A DNA stretch of 61,180 bases from Candidatus Limnocylindrales bacterium (GTDB lineage: Bacteria; Chloroflexota; Limnocylindria; Limnocylindrales; CSP1-4). The number at the start of each line of letters is the position of its first letter. Positions within the stretch are counted from its first letter, which is position 1. Positions 38,651 through 46,656 of the stretch are shown piece by piece. Below the pieces are notes generated by a model, which did no database searches, was not told where the DNA came from, and worked only from the letters and a program-made list of their open reading frames with translations. The position numbers were made by a program, and so were the translations under genes. The stretch is taken from positions 1-61,180 of the forward strand of contig DASXTH010000072.1 in the NCBI GenBank assembly GCA_036505555.1. The letters run 5' to 3'.

Positions 38651-38967
38651 AGGAGGCCCTCGGCGGCGCGCCGCACCGCAGCGTCGACGGCGCCGGCGAT
38701 CCCGGTGCCGACCATCGAGGAATGTTGGGCGCCAGAACCGAGGTCCAGGCGCGTGCGGACAGCGTCCAGCGCCACACCGGCTGGCGGGGCGGCGTTGCCA
38801 AACGTCGCGAGCCTCGCTCGCAGCTCCGTCTCCACGGCCCGACCGACGACGTGGCCGTCGACCGTACCCAGGCCGTTGAGGACCAGCCGGTCGATCTCGA
38901 CCGATACGACCGTGGGGTGACGCCCGGGGACACCACGGCGCCTATCGCGACGGCCGATCAGGCCCAC
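38647..38967 (-). CDS. Small conserved-looking hypothetical protein (106 aa) linking the ATPase gene to the cargo genes
   Basis: GTG start with GGAGG 6 nt upstream, overlapping the ATPase 3' end by 10 nt. Its stop overlaps the next start. The frame is GC3-rich and carries no known motif. Confidence 0.5.
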   Translation of the reverse strand: MGLIGRRDRRRGVPGRHPTVVSVEIDRLVLNGLGTVDGHVVGRAVETELRARLATFGNAAPPAGVALDAVRTRLDLGSGAQHSSMVGTGIAGAVDAAVRRAAEGLL

Positions 38968-40949
38968 CCCGCCACCTCCGTCTCGGTCAGCGTCCGCTCC
39001 AGCTTCGCGTACTCCGTTCGGGTCGCGCGGAGCAGATGGGCCATGCCGATCGGCCGGCCGGCCTCGGCGGCCAGGAACGCGGCGTTCACCGCGATGTTCC
39101 GGATGTTGCCGCCGGCGACGTTGAGCCGCGCGAGTCGTGCCGCTTCCACGCCGTCCGTGGGCGCAGCCGGCGGGAACGCTCGCCGCCAGATCTCCGCCCG
39201 CGCCGCCTCGTCCGGGAACGGGAAGTGAACCGTGAAGCGGATCCGCCGGAGGAACGCCGGGTCGATGCTCTCCTTCAGGTTCGTCGTGAGGATCGCGAGG
39301 CCACGGTAGGCCTCCATGCGCTGCAGCAGGTAGCCGACTTCAATGTTCGCGTAGCGGTCGTGGCTGTCCTTGACCTCGCTGCGCCTGCCGAAGAGCGCGT
39401 CGGCCTCGTCGAAGAGCAGGATCGCCCCGCCGTCCTCCGCGGCGTCGAAGACCCGGCGCAGGTTCTTCTCGGTCTCGCCGATGTACTTGCTGACCACCTG
39501 ACTCAGGTCGATCCGGTACAGGTCGAGGCGGAGCTCGGTCGCGAGGACCTCGGCCGCGAGCGTCTTGCCGGTCCCGCTCGCGCCGACGAACAGCGCGGCG
39601 ATCCCGAGACCCCTGGCGCTCGTCGCGCCAAACCCCCAGCGGTCGTACACGAGCGTCCGGTGACGGACCTGGAGGGCCAGCTCGCGGAGGGTCTCGAGAT
39701 GGCCGACGGGCAGGACCAAATCCGACCAGCCCGCTCGAGCGTCCACACGCTGGGCCAGATCGTCCATGCGCGGCCGCGCCTGGCCACGGCACGCGTCCCA
39801 CAGCGCGCGGCCCAGGGCCGTCGGATCGGCGCCGCCCACCTCCCCCGCGGCCGCGACCTCGGCCAAGGCTTCGACGCTCGCCTCCCGGATCCCGCGGATC
39901 CCGAGGTCGAACTGCGAGGCGAGGCGATCGCCCTGGCCGTCGAGCCGATCGGGGCCGACCAGCGACTGCCACACCTCGAGCTGCTCGCCGCTGGTCGGCT
40001 TTGCCACGTCAAGCGCGAGCATCGGGCGTGCGCGCGTCGGTCGGCGATCGCGGATCAGGAGGATCAGGGCCGACGACAGTCCCTCGACGACTTGGGAGAT
40101 GGCGGCATCGCGAGCCGAGTCGTGACCCTCGACGCCGTCGCAGTCCAGGATGAGGGCGGTTCCAGCGAGCGCAGCCTCCCGTTCGCAGAGGCGGACGAGG
40201 GCGTCCAGCTCGCGGGGTTCGACGGGCAGGGACTCGGCCCGGACGATGGCCAGGCGCATCCCGAGCAGGATCGCGGCGACCTCCGCGACGAGGCGCTTGC
40301 TCGAGCCGTCCGGTCCGCACAGCTCGATGACCGGCGGCGGTTCTCCGGGCGGCCGATCCGTCCAGGCATGGACGATGCGGTGGGCGAGCTGCTCGTGGGA
40401 GGGCACGACGTCGAGCTCGGACGCACGTTGGGACAGCGGCTCGAGGTACCCGGCCAGGCGGTCGTCGACCGCGTCGATCCCGACGAGGTGATGGAGCACG
40501 CGCTCGTCGATCCGCAGCGCGCTTGTCGCGAGCGGCCCGGCCGCGGGCTCGACGAGCCGCCAGCGGCGCAGCGGCGCATTCGGCGCGAGCGCGCTCCAGT
40601 GGGCATCGGGCAGCGCCGCCAGGGCGAGGCTGAAGGTCGCGTGGGCCCGGCCCGGATCGCCCTGGGCCCGAGCGCACAACTCGCCAACGGACGCGTCGAG
40701 CTCGACACCGGCGCACAGAACCAGCACGTCGCGCTCGAAGGCCGACAGACCGAAGGCCGCGACGACCTGGTCGAGCGCGGCGGGGCGATCGGAGAGCGCC
40801 GGGTCCGCCGCCACATCGGTTCGCGGGACGTCCGGCCCTGCCGAACCCCCGGACGCGTGGCGCTCAACCGCCGACCGGACCCCGCCGAGGGCCGCCTCGA
40901 GGCGCGCCTTGTTGGCCGCCGTCCACGCGTCGGCCTCGACGCCGATCAT
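38958..40949 (-). CDS. AAA+ ATPase of the eCIS Afp15 type
   Basis: 663 aa with a long N-terminal region and a single C-terminal AAA module. Walker A is GASGTGKTLAAEVLA and Walker B is ILLFDEADALFG. The SRH-like region is ILTTNLKESIDPAFLRRIRF. ATGA overlap with the DUF4255 gene. Confidence 0.9.
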   Translation of the reverse strand: MIGVEADAWTAANKARLEAALGGVRSAVERHASGGSAGPDVPRTDVAADPALSDRPAALDQVVAAFGLSAFERDVLVLCAGVELDASVGELCARAQGDPGRAHATFSLALAALPDAHWSALAPNAPLRRWRLVEPAAGPLATSALRIDERVLHHLVGIDAVDDRLAGYLEPLSQRASELDVVPSHEQLAHRIVHAWTDRPPGEPPPVIELCGPDGSSKRLVAEVAAILLGMRLAIVRAESLPVEPRELDALVRLCEREAALAGTALILDCDGVEGHDSARDAAISQVVEGLSSALILLIRDRRPTRARPMLALDVAKPTSGEQLEVWQSLVGPDRLDGQGDRLASQFDLGIRGIREASVEALAEVAAAGEVGGADPTALGRALWDACRGQARPRMDDLAQRVDARAGWSDLVLPVGHLETLRELALQVRHRTLVYDRWGFGATSARGLGIAALFVGASGTGKTLAAEVLATELRLDLYRIDLSQVVSKYIGETEKNLRRVFDAAEDGGAILLFDEADALFGRRSEVKDSHDRYANIEVGYLLQRMEAYRGLAILTTNLKESIDPAFLRRIRFTVHFPFPDEAARAEIWRRAFPPAAPTDGVEAARLARLNVAGGNIRNIAVNAAFLAAEAGRPIGMAHLLRATRTEYAKLERTLTETEVAGWA

Positions 40950-42175
40950 GGGACAGTGACAAGCGGATCCGTGATCACACCCGCTCCGTTCCGCACGAGG
41001 ACGCTGTCGGCTTGGTCGACGACCACCTGAACGGCGTGGCTCCCGGCCGCAACCCCGGCCATCGGGAACGACAGGCTCGTCGTGTCGCCGGATCGAGGCG
41101 GCCCGCTGATCACGTGTCGCCGCTGACCGGTCGCGGGGTCGAGGAGCAGGACATCGACGCGTTGGGACGCCGAGACCGTGACATCCGTCGTCGCGGTGAG
41201 GACCGGTCCGGCCGCCACCGCGACTGCGGCGATCGTCGGATGGAGAGCGAAGGTCGCGACGTTCGACTCGACTCCGTCGTGCTCGATGGGAGGAATGCCC
41301 AACAACGTCCGATGGACGACCTGGACGGTGGCCATCCCCGCCCGAAGCTCGGCAATCGGGACGGTCCCAAGGTCGAAGGGGATCCGGGCGTTCGTCCCGG
41401 CGGCGATCGGTCGATCGGACCCCGCGAGCCGGACGCGGGTCACGTCGCCGACCAATTCGCTCCCGAGGATGTCGATCGTGGTCGTTGCCGTGATCGGGGC
41501 CCTCGGATCGGGCGATGCCACGACCGCGGCGATGAGCGGGCGGCCCAGCCGCACCACGTGGACGTCGCGCTCGAGGACGGGCAACGGCGTCACCGTCGCC
41601 ACGTCCGGCTCGACGAGGACGACCGACGCCTGGTAGGCGACGGACAGCGCGTATGGGGTCTGGAAGAACACCGACCAGAGCTTGGACAGCTCCTCGAGGT
41701 TCATCGGCAGCGGGACGAACTTCACCCGCTCAACCTGATCGCCGAGGTCGGTTGCGGCCAGCGACGGGTGGACAGGCGGGCTGGCCGTCGCGGCGGTCTT
41801 GACGGCGGCGATCAGCTGGGGCGTCAGGAACGGCTGGGCGTGGAGCGTCCGGACCACGCTGCCGAGAAGCCGCTGCGGTTCGAGCTCCTCGTCGGCGCCA
41901 CTGAACGTGAACAGGTAATGCAGATCCAGCGCCGCCACCGGCCGCTGGAGGAGATCGCCTCCCGACGATCGGGTCGGGAGATCGGCGTTCCGCAGTGCCA
42001 CGTTCGGAACGACCTGATAGAGGTAGACGTTCACCGTCGGGGAGGACGTCCCGTTCGTCGAGGTCTCGGGTCGGTCGGTCGTCACGGTGGCGCCCGGGAC
42101 ATCGGCCCCGGCGGTCGCCTGAAGCAATCGATGGAGCGCGGCGGTGACCGTTGCCACGGCGAGGAAATTGCTCAT
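40946..42175 (-). CDS. DUF4255 (Pvc16/Afp16-like) tail terminator/cap protein with C-terminal Ig-like extension
   Basis: MSNFLAVATVTAALHRLLQ...VNVYLYQVVPNVALRNADLP is the characteristic DUF4255 N-terminus. ATGA overlap with the upstream gene. Confidence 0.8.
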   Translation of the reverse strand: MSNFLAVATVTAALHRLLQATAGADVPGATVTTDRPETSTNGTSSPTVNVYLYQVVPNVALRNADLPTRSSGGDLLQRPVAALDLHYLFTFSGADEELEPQRLLGSVVRTLHAQPFLTPQLIAAVKTAATASPPVHPSLAATDLGDQVERVKFVPLPMNLEELSKLWSVFFQTPYALSVAYQASVVLVEPDVATVTPLPVLERDVHVVRLGRPLIAAVVASPDPRAPITATTTIDILGSELVGDVTRVRLAGSDRPIAAGTNARIPFDLGTVPIAELRAGMATVQVVHRTLLGIPPIEHDGVESNVATFALHPTIAAVAVAAGPVLTATTDVTVSASQRVDVLLLDPATGQRRHVISGPPRSGDTTSLSFPMAGVAAGSHAVQVVVDQADSVLVRNGAGVITDPLVTVP

Positions 42176-43308
42176 CGCCCGGTTCCGTTCCGGGCGCGGA
42201 GATAGTCGTCGAGCGACGGGGCGGTCGATCGCCGGGTGGCTTCCGATCGCGGCCGGGGTGCCGGAGCGGTCATCGCGCGAACCTCGATCCGTCCGATCGA
42301 GACGCGCACGATCGGCCCCGCTCGCGTCGATTCGGTCGGGCGCCAGCCCTCGTCATCGAGGATGGCCCGGGTCGGGGTGACGCTGGAGAGCTGGTGCCGG
42401 ACCGTGGCGACGCCGATCCGTGACGGAATCTCGTCGGGCTCGTCGCGGGCGGGTTCCGATGGGGGGCCCTCCTCGACGGAGGGAGTCCTCCGCCTGGGCG
42501 GTGGGACGCGCGCGGAACGGGCGGCGGGCGGAGGCACGTCGGCGCGGGGCGTCTGCGGGACGGAGACGGCGGCCGCGCCGGACGTGGCGGCGGCGTTGGC
42601 TGCGATGGCGGTCGGGCCGACCGGAGCGGACGGGCCCGAGATCGGTGGAGACGGCTCGGCAGCCGGCAGCGTTCGGGCCGCGCGTTCGATCGAGGGCCTG
42701 CCGGGCGGATCCGGGAGGACGCGGCGTCGACCCACCGGGCCAGCAGGCCGAGCCGGCCTCGGCGGAGGCGCGTTGACGAAGGCGCTCGGGAGCACATCCG
42801 CGCGGGGGGAGGGCGTCGGTGCGCGGGCGGCGCTTCGTTCCGCGCTCCTCCCGGCCGCAGGCGCCGGCCCGGCGCGCGGGGCGACCTCGGTGGCGGCGGC
42901 CGGCGCCTCGATCCGCCGTGGCGGCGACGGACCGCGCGATCGGGTCGTGCGGGACCGCGCGATCGGGTCGGCAGGTTCAATGACGATTCCGGCCGGTGTC
43001 GGCTCTTGCCGACGCTCGATCGATGCGTCGAGGGCCGCTGGCCGGACCGGCGCCGCCAGCCGATCGGCGATTCGATCCCGCGTCGCCGAGCGAATCATTG
43101 GCACGACGCGAGGTGGCCCTTCTGGGGCCTCGGGCATCGGCGTGCGGTGCGTCACATCGGCAACGGGCGCGGCCCGGTCCGCTGACGCGTCTGACGCGAA
43201 GGCGTCCGGACGGTGCCGAGCCGGCTCGTACCGGCCGAGGGTCCGCGGCCGGAGCATCCCGCCGGGATCGAGTGCGTGATCGATCAGACGGGACAACACG
43301 CTATTCAT
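42172..43308 (-). CDS. Pro/Ala/Arg-rich low-complexity protein in the tape-measure (Afp14) position
   Basis: ATG at residue 17 of ORF 42172..43356, with GAGG upstream. The protein is largely low complexity. The ordered C-terminus is GPIVRVSIGRIEVRA...SLDDYLRAR. Assignment is positional only. Confidence 0.55.
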   Translation of the reverse strand: MNSVLSRLIDHALDPGGMLRPRTLGRYEPARHRPDAFASDASADRAAPVADVTHRTPMPEAPEGPPRVVPMIRSATRDRIADRLAAPVRPAALDASIERRQEPTPAGIVIEPADPIARSRTTRSRGPSPPRRIEAPAAATEVAPRAGPAPAAGRSAERSAARAPTPSPRADVLPSAFVNAPPPRPARPAGPVGRRRVLPDPPGRPSIERAARTLPAAEPSPPISGPSAPVGPTAIAANAAATSGAAAVSVPQTPRADVPPPAARSARVPPPRRRTPSVEEGPPSEPARDEPDEIPSRIGVATVRHQLSSVTPTRAILDDEGWRPTESTRAGPIVRVSIGRIEVRAMTAPAPRPRSEATRRSTAPSLDDYLRARNGTGR

Positions 43309-43316
43309 CTGCGACC

Positions 43317-44051
43317 TCACTCGGCCGCGAGCTCGACGTAGAGCTGGCGACGCCACGGGCTCAGCTCCAGGACGTCCGACTCACGCCAGCCGTAGGCCGC
43401 AGCCAGGCCCGCGACGTCGGCGGCAATCCGCCGGGCGGCTGCCGAAACCTCGGTCCACAGGAAGGCTGGCACGTCGACCCACGTCTCCCACGCGTGCTCG
43501 CAGGCCGGGCACGCGACGCTCAGGCTGAGGTCGAGTCCCGGGTCGGCGAGCGCGATGGCCCGTTCCACGGCGGCCTCCAGATCCGGACCGATCGTGGCCG
43601 CCGCGGCGTCGACGAGCAACCGGTTGATGAGCGTCCTGCGGGCGGCCTCCGCTGCCGCGCCGGTCGAGGCCGCAGCCACCTCGAGCGCGGCCACGAGGTC
43701 ATCCGTCGTCGGCAGCCTGACCCGGACGGTCCGCCTCCCGGCGGTGACCTCGATCGGGGCGACTGCGGCGTCATCCCCGGGATCGACCTGTAGTCGAGCC
43801 GCATCGAGCTCCAGCTCGAGGGCGTCGCCGCAGCTCGGACACGAGGTGACGGCGACGAGCCTTCGGCCGAACGTCGTGGCCCGCAGCTCGAGGAGGCTGG
43901 CATCGCGACGGCCGATCGGGACCGTGCCGAGGCTCGCGTCCGGCAGGTCGGGCCGGGCGTAGGCGAGGAGCAGCAGGGCGCGCTCGCGGGCATCGACCGA
44001 CGCCCCGTGCTCCCAGATGTCGAGGAGATCCGCCGAGGTCAGCGCCTCCAT
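43317..44051 (-). CDS. Conserved hypothetical with two CxxC pairs, in the Afp6 / tail-assembly-chaperone position
   Basis: ATG at residue 31 of ORF 43317..44141, 5 nt after the tube stop. The CxxC pairs are CPSC (aa 81-84) and CPAC (aa 190-193). I recall similar proteins next to tube genes in high-GC eCIS loci. Confidence 0.6.
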   Translation of the reverse strand: MEALTSADLLDIWEHGASVDARERALLLLAYARPDLPDASLGTVPIGRRDASLLELRATTFGRRLVAVTSCPSCGDALELELDAARLQVDPGDDAAVAPIEVTAGRRTVRVRLPTTDDLVAALEVAAASTGAAAEAARRTLINRLLVDAAAATIGPDLEAAVERAIALADPGLDLSLSVACPACEHAWETWVDVPAFLWTEVSAAARRIAADVAGLAAAYGWRESDVLELSPWRRQLYVELAAE

Positions 44052-44055
44052 GGCG

Positions 44056-44574
44056 CTAGGCGAACTGCGTTTCCAGCGGCTCGTCGACGCCCTCGTCGCG
44101 CTCGAAGCCCTCGTTCTCGAGCTTGATGTGCTGGATCGCAACGGCGTTCGCGTTCGCGTCGAGATCCGGCAACGCCTGGTACTCGGAGACCCAGCACCGG
44201 AAGACGTTGTACGCGATCACCTGTTGACCGGCCTCGTTGTAGACCTCGATCCTGATGTCCTTGCGGAAATCCAGGAGCGAGACCTCGCTGCCCAGGCCCG
44301 CCTGGAAGTTCCAGACCTTCCGCGCCCACGCCTCGAAGTCGAGGTCGTGGGTCACGCCACGCTCGAGGGTGATTGCCTCGTACTCGGTTCGGCCCGGGCT
44401 CTTCCGGCTGGTGCTCGGGTCGCCGCCCTCGCGATGCTTGACGACCTCGGTCGTCCGTTTCAGGCCTCCCACCTTGCTGACGCCGGCGACGGGCTTGCCG
44501 TCCCACCAGACTCGGAACTTGAAATTCTTGTACGGGTCGAAACGGGTCAGGGCATTGACCGTGAACTGCGCCAT
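44056..44574 (-). CDS. Contractile tail tube protein (T4 gp19-like / Afp1-type)
   Basis: 172 aa. FDPYKNFKFRVWWDGKPVAGVSKVGGLKRTTEVVKHREGGDPSTSRKSPGRTEYEAITLERGV matches the gp19 tube family pattern. Confidence 0.9.
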   Translation of the reverse strand: MAQFTVNALTRFDPYKNFKFRVWWDGKPVAGVSKVGGLKRTTEVVKHREGGDPSTSRKSPGRTEYEAITLERGVTHDLDFEAWARKVWNFQAGLGSEVSLLDFRKDIRIEVYNEAGQQVIAYNVFRCWVSEYQALPDLDANANAVAIQHIKLENEGFERDEGVDEPLETQFA

Positions 44575-44593
44575 CGCTGCACCATCCGTCCTG

Positions 44594-46513
44594 CTACGTC
44601 TCGATCTTTCCGGCGATCTGCTGGATCTGGATGATCACGAACTCGGCCGGCTTCAGCGGCGCGAAGCCCACGAGGATGTTCACGACCCCCAGGTTGCGGT
44701 CGGTCTGTGTGGTCGTGTCGCCGTCGCACTTGACGAAGTACGCCTCCTTCGGGGTCGTGCCGGCGAACGCGCCCTGCCGGAAGAGGCTGTGCATGAAGCT
44801 GCCGACGTTCAGCCGGAGCCGCGCCCAGAGCGGCTCGTCGTTCGGCTCGAAGACCGCCCACTTCGTCCCGCGGAACAGGCTCTCCTCGATGAAGAGGGCA
44901 GTTCGCCGGATCGGGATGTACTTCCACTCGGATGCGAGCCGGTCGGCACCATCCAGCGTTCGGGCTCCCCAGCAGACCGTCCCGTACACCGGGAACGTCC
45001 GGAGGTTGTTGATCCCGAGCGGATTGAGCGTCCCGTTCTGATCGTCGGTGAGCGTCGTCTCGAGGGAGCGGACGCCGCGAAGGACGGCTTCGGTGCCGGC
45101 GGGCGCCTTCCAGACTCCGCGCTCGGCGTCCGTGCGGGCGTAGAGCCCGGCGACCGTCCCGCTCGATGGCACGAGCCGGTCGCGGAACCCGTTGACCGGG
45201 TCGGGGATGTTCGGCCGCGGGAAGTAGAGGGCGGCGTTCTTGTGGCGGAAGCCGGCGTTCCCGTCGAGCCAGTCCTTGATCTCCTGGACCGTGTCCCGGG
45301 TTGCGGCCTGCTGCGGAACGTCGAGGATGAAGAAGGCTCGACGCGACTCGCAGTACGTCTCTGCCAGGGGGATGAACGCAGCCGCCTCGTTGTCGACGAG
45401 GTTCATCGTGTCCGGCACGCACAGGATGTTGAAGATGTCGACGGTGTCGAGCGCGTAGATCCCGGTTCGCCCGACCGCGTCGCCGAGGAGCGCCGCGCCA
45501 TTTGGCGCGCCACCGTCATTGCCCTGCCGCTGACCGGCCGGAGGACCCGGCGGGACCGCCTGGGCCGCGGAAGCCGTCCCGCCGAGCGAATACGCCTGAA
45601 CGTTGACGACGTCGAGCTTGATGTCGGGGGCGAGGGTCCCACCGAACGTGATGAGGTCGCTGCCGTTGGCGCCACCGGTGACTCTCAGGTTCCGCGTGGT
45701 CGCGGTGCTCGGCTCGGCCGTCACGCGGACGTTGCGGAGGGACGAATCCACGCTCTGGATCAAGGCCTGGAGGAGCGAGGCCAGCCTCGATGCGGTCTCG
45801 TGGCGGGTCGCCCCGAGGGTGAACGTGCCGCCGACGTTCGTCCCGTTGACCACGACCTGCAGCGTCTTGGTGGCCGCCAGCCCGTTTGCGGCCGCGTCGG
45901 TGAGCGCGGTTGACGTCATCGTCCCGGTCTCAGCGACCCGGGCAGTGGGCGATGTCGCCAGGTTCGTCAGCCTGATCAGCGACGAGGAGGAATTGACGAC
46001 GGCCGGCGCGAAGTTCGGGGCCGAGGAGACGAGCCCGAGATTGCGGTAGCTCTCCGACGCGACGGTTCGGCCGCTCGCGTCGACCTCGCGGGCCGTGAGG
46101 TTGAACTGACCGGCCATGGAGGTCTCGTGATCGACATCGATCTGGACACGGTTGCCCCAGACGCCTTCGCTCGCCGCCTCGGCCAGGAGGGCGGCATTGC
46201 CCGCGGTCACGGCGTCGAGCATCGCGATCGCGGCCGCCGCCGGGGTCCCCGAGGCGACCCGCACGACCCAGGCCTCCCGACCGCCGTTCAGGAAGAACTG
46301 GCGGATCGCGTAGCCGACCTCGCTCGACGTGACGAGCGGGCCGAAATTCCGATCGAGGTCGGCGAGGCTGAAGACCTGGATCGGCGTGTTGAGCTTGCCC
46401 TTGGTGAACGAGCCGAGGAACGCCGTGACGGACGTCGAGACCCCGATGATCGTCCGGACTCCGCTCGGCAGCTCCTCGATGTAGACGCCGGGATACGTCG
46501 GTGCAATGGGCAT
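44594..46513 (-). CDS. Contractile tail sheath protein
   Basis: ATG at residue 24 of ORF 44594..46582, with AGGAGG upstream. The N-terminus MPIAPTYPGVYIEELPSG is the canonical sheath start. The C-terminal region NNLRTFPVYGTVCWGARTL is typical. Confidence 0.9.
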   Translation of the reverse strand: MPIAPTYPGVYIEELPSGVRTIIGVSTSVTAFLGSFTKGKLNTPIQVFSLADLDRNFGPLVTSSEVGYAIRQFFLNGGREAWVVRVASGTPAAAAIAMLDAVTAGNAALLAEAASEGVWGNRVQIDVDHETSMAGQFNLTAREVDASGRTVASESYRNLGLVSSAPNFAPAVVNSSSSLIRLTNLATSPTARVAETGTMTSTALTDAAANGLAATKTLQVVVNGTNVGGTFTLGATRHETASRLASLLQALIQSVDSSLRNVRVTAEPSTATTRNLRVTGGANGSDLITFGGTLAPDIKLDVVNVQAYSLGGTASAAQAVPPGPPAGQRQGNDGGAPNGAALLGDAVGRTGIYALDTVDIFNILCVPDTMNLVDNEAAAFIPLAETYCESRRAFFILDVPQQAATRDTVQEIKDWLDGNAGFRHKNAALYFPRPNIPDPVNGFRDRLVPSSGTVAGLYARTDAERGVWKAPAGTEAVLRGVRSLETTLTDDQNGTLNPLGINNLRTFPVYGTVCWGARTLDGADRLASEWKYIPIRRTALFIEESLFRGTKWAVFEPNDEPLWARLRLNVGSFMHSLFRQGAFAGTTPKEAYFVKCDGDTTTQTDRNLGVVNILVGFAPLKPAEFVIIQIQQIAGKIET

Positions 46514-46627
46514 GCCGTCCTCCTGACGGCGCCCGCTCTGGCACCGTCTGCTTCGGCGGAAGGGTGGTCGACGATCCGTCACTGGACCATCACCGGCATG
46601 TCACCGCGATGCGCGTGCGGCCGCCCG

Positions 46628-46655
46628 GGGCCCGTCCCGCTCCGGGCCCGTCCCG
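46628..46655 (-). promoter_or_regulatory. Direct 12-nt repeat GGGCCCGTCCCG x2 (16-nt period) between the regulator and sheath genes; candidate operator
   Basis: Exact copies lie at 46628-46639 and 46644-46655. They sit immediately after the SARP gene stop and 115-142 nt upstream of the sheath ATG. The functional assignment is speculative. Confidence 0.3.
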
Positions 46656-46656
46656 A

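Noticed and set aside
43317-43356. Possible programmed frameshift between the CxxC protein gene and the tape-measure candidate, by analogy with phage G/GT.
   Set aside because: The 40-nt overlap comes from an upstream extension of the ORF that has no RBS. A good ATG with GAGG lies at 43308, and I saw no slippery heptamer.
46628-46655. The direct repeats considered as a rho-independent terminator of the regulator gene.
   Set aside because: The copies are direct, not inverted. Only the internal GGGCCC is self-complementary, and no stem-loop with a U-tract can be drawn.
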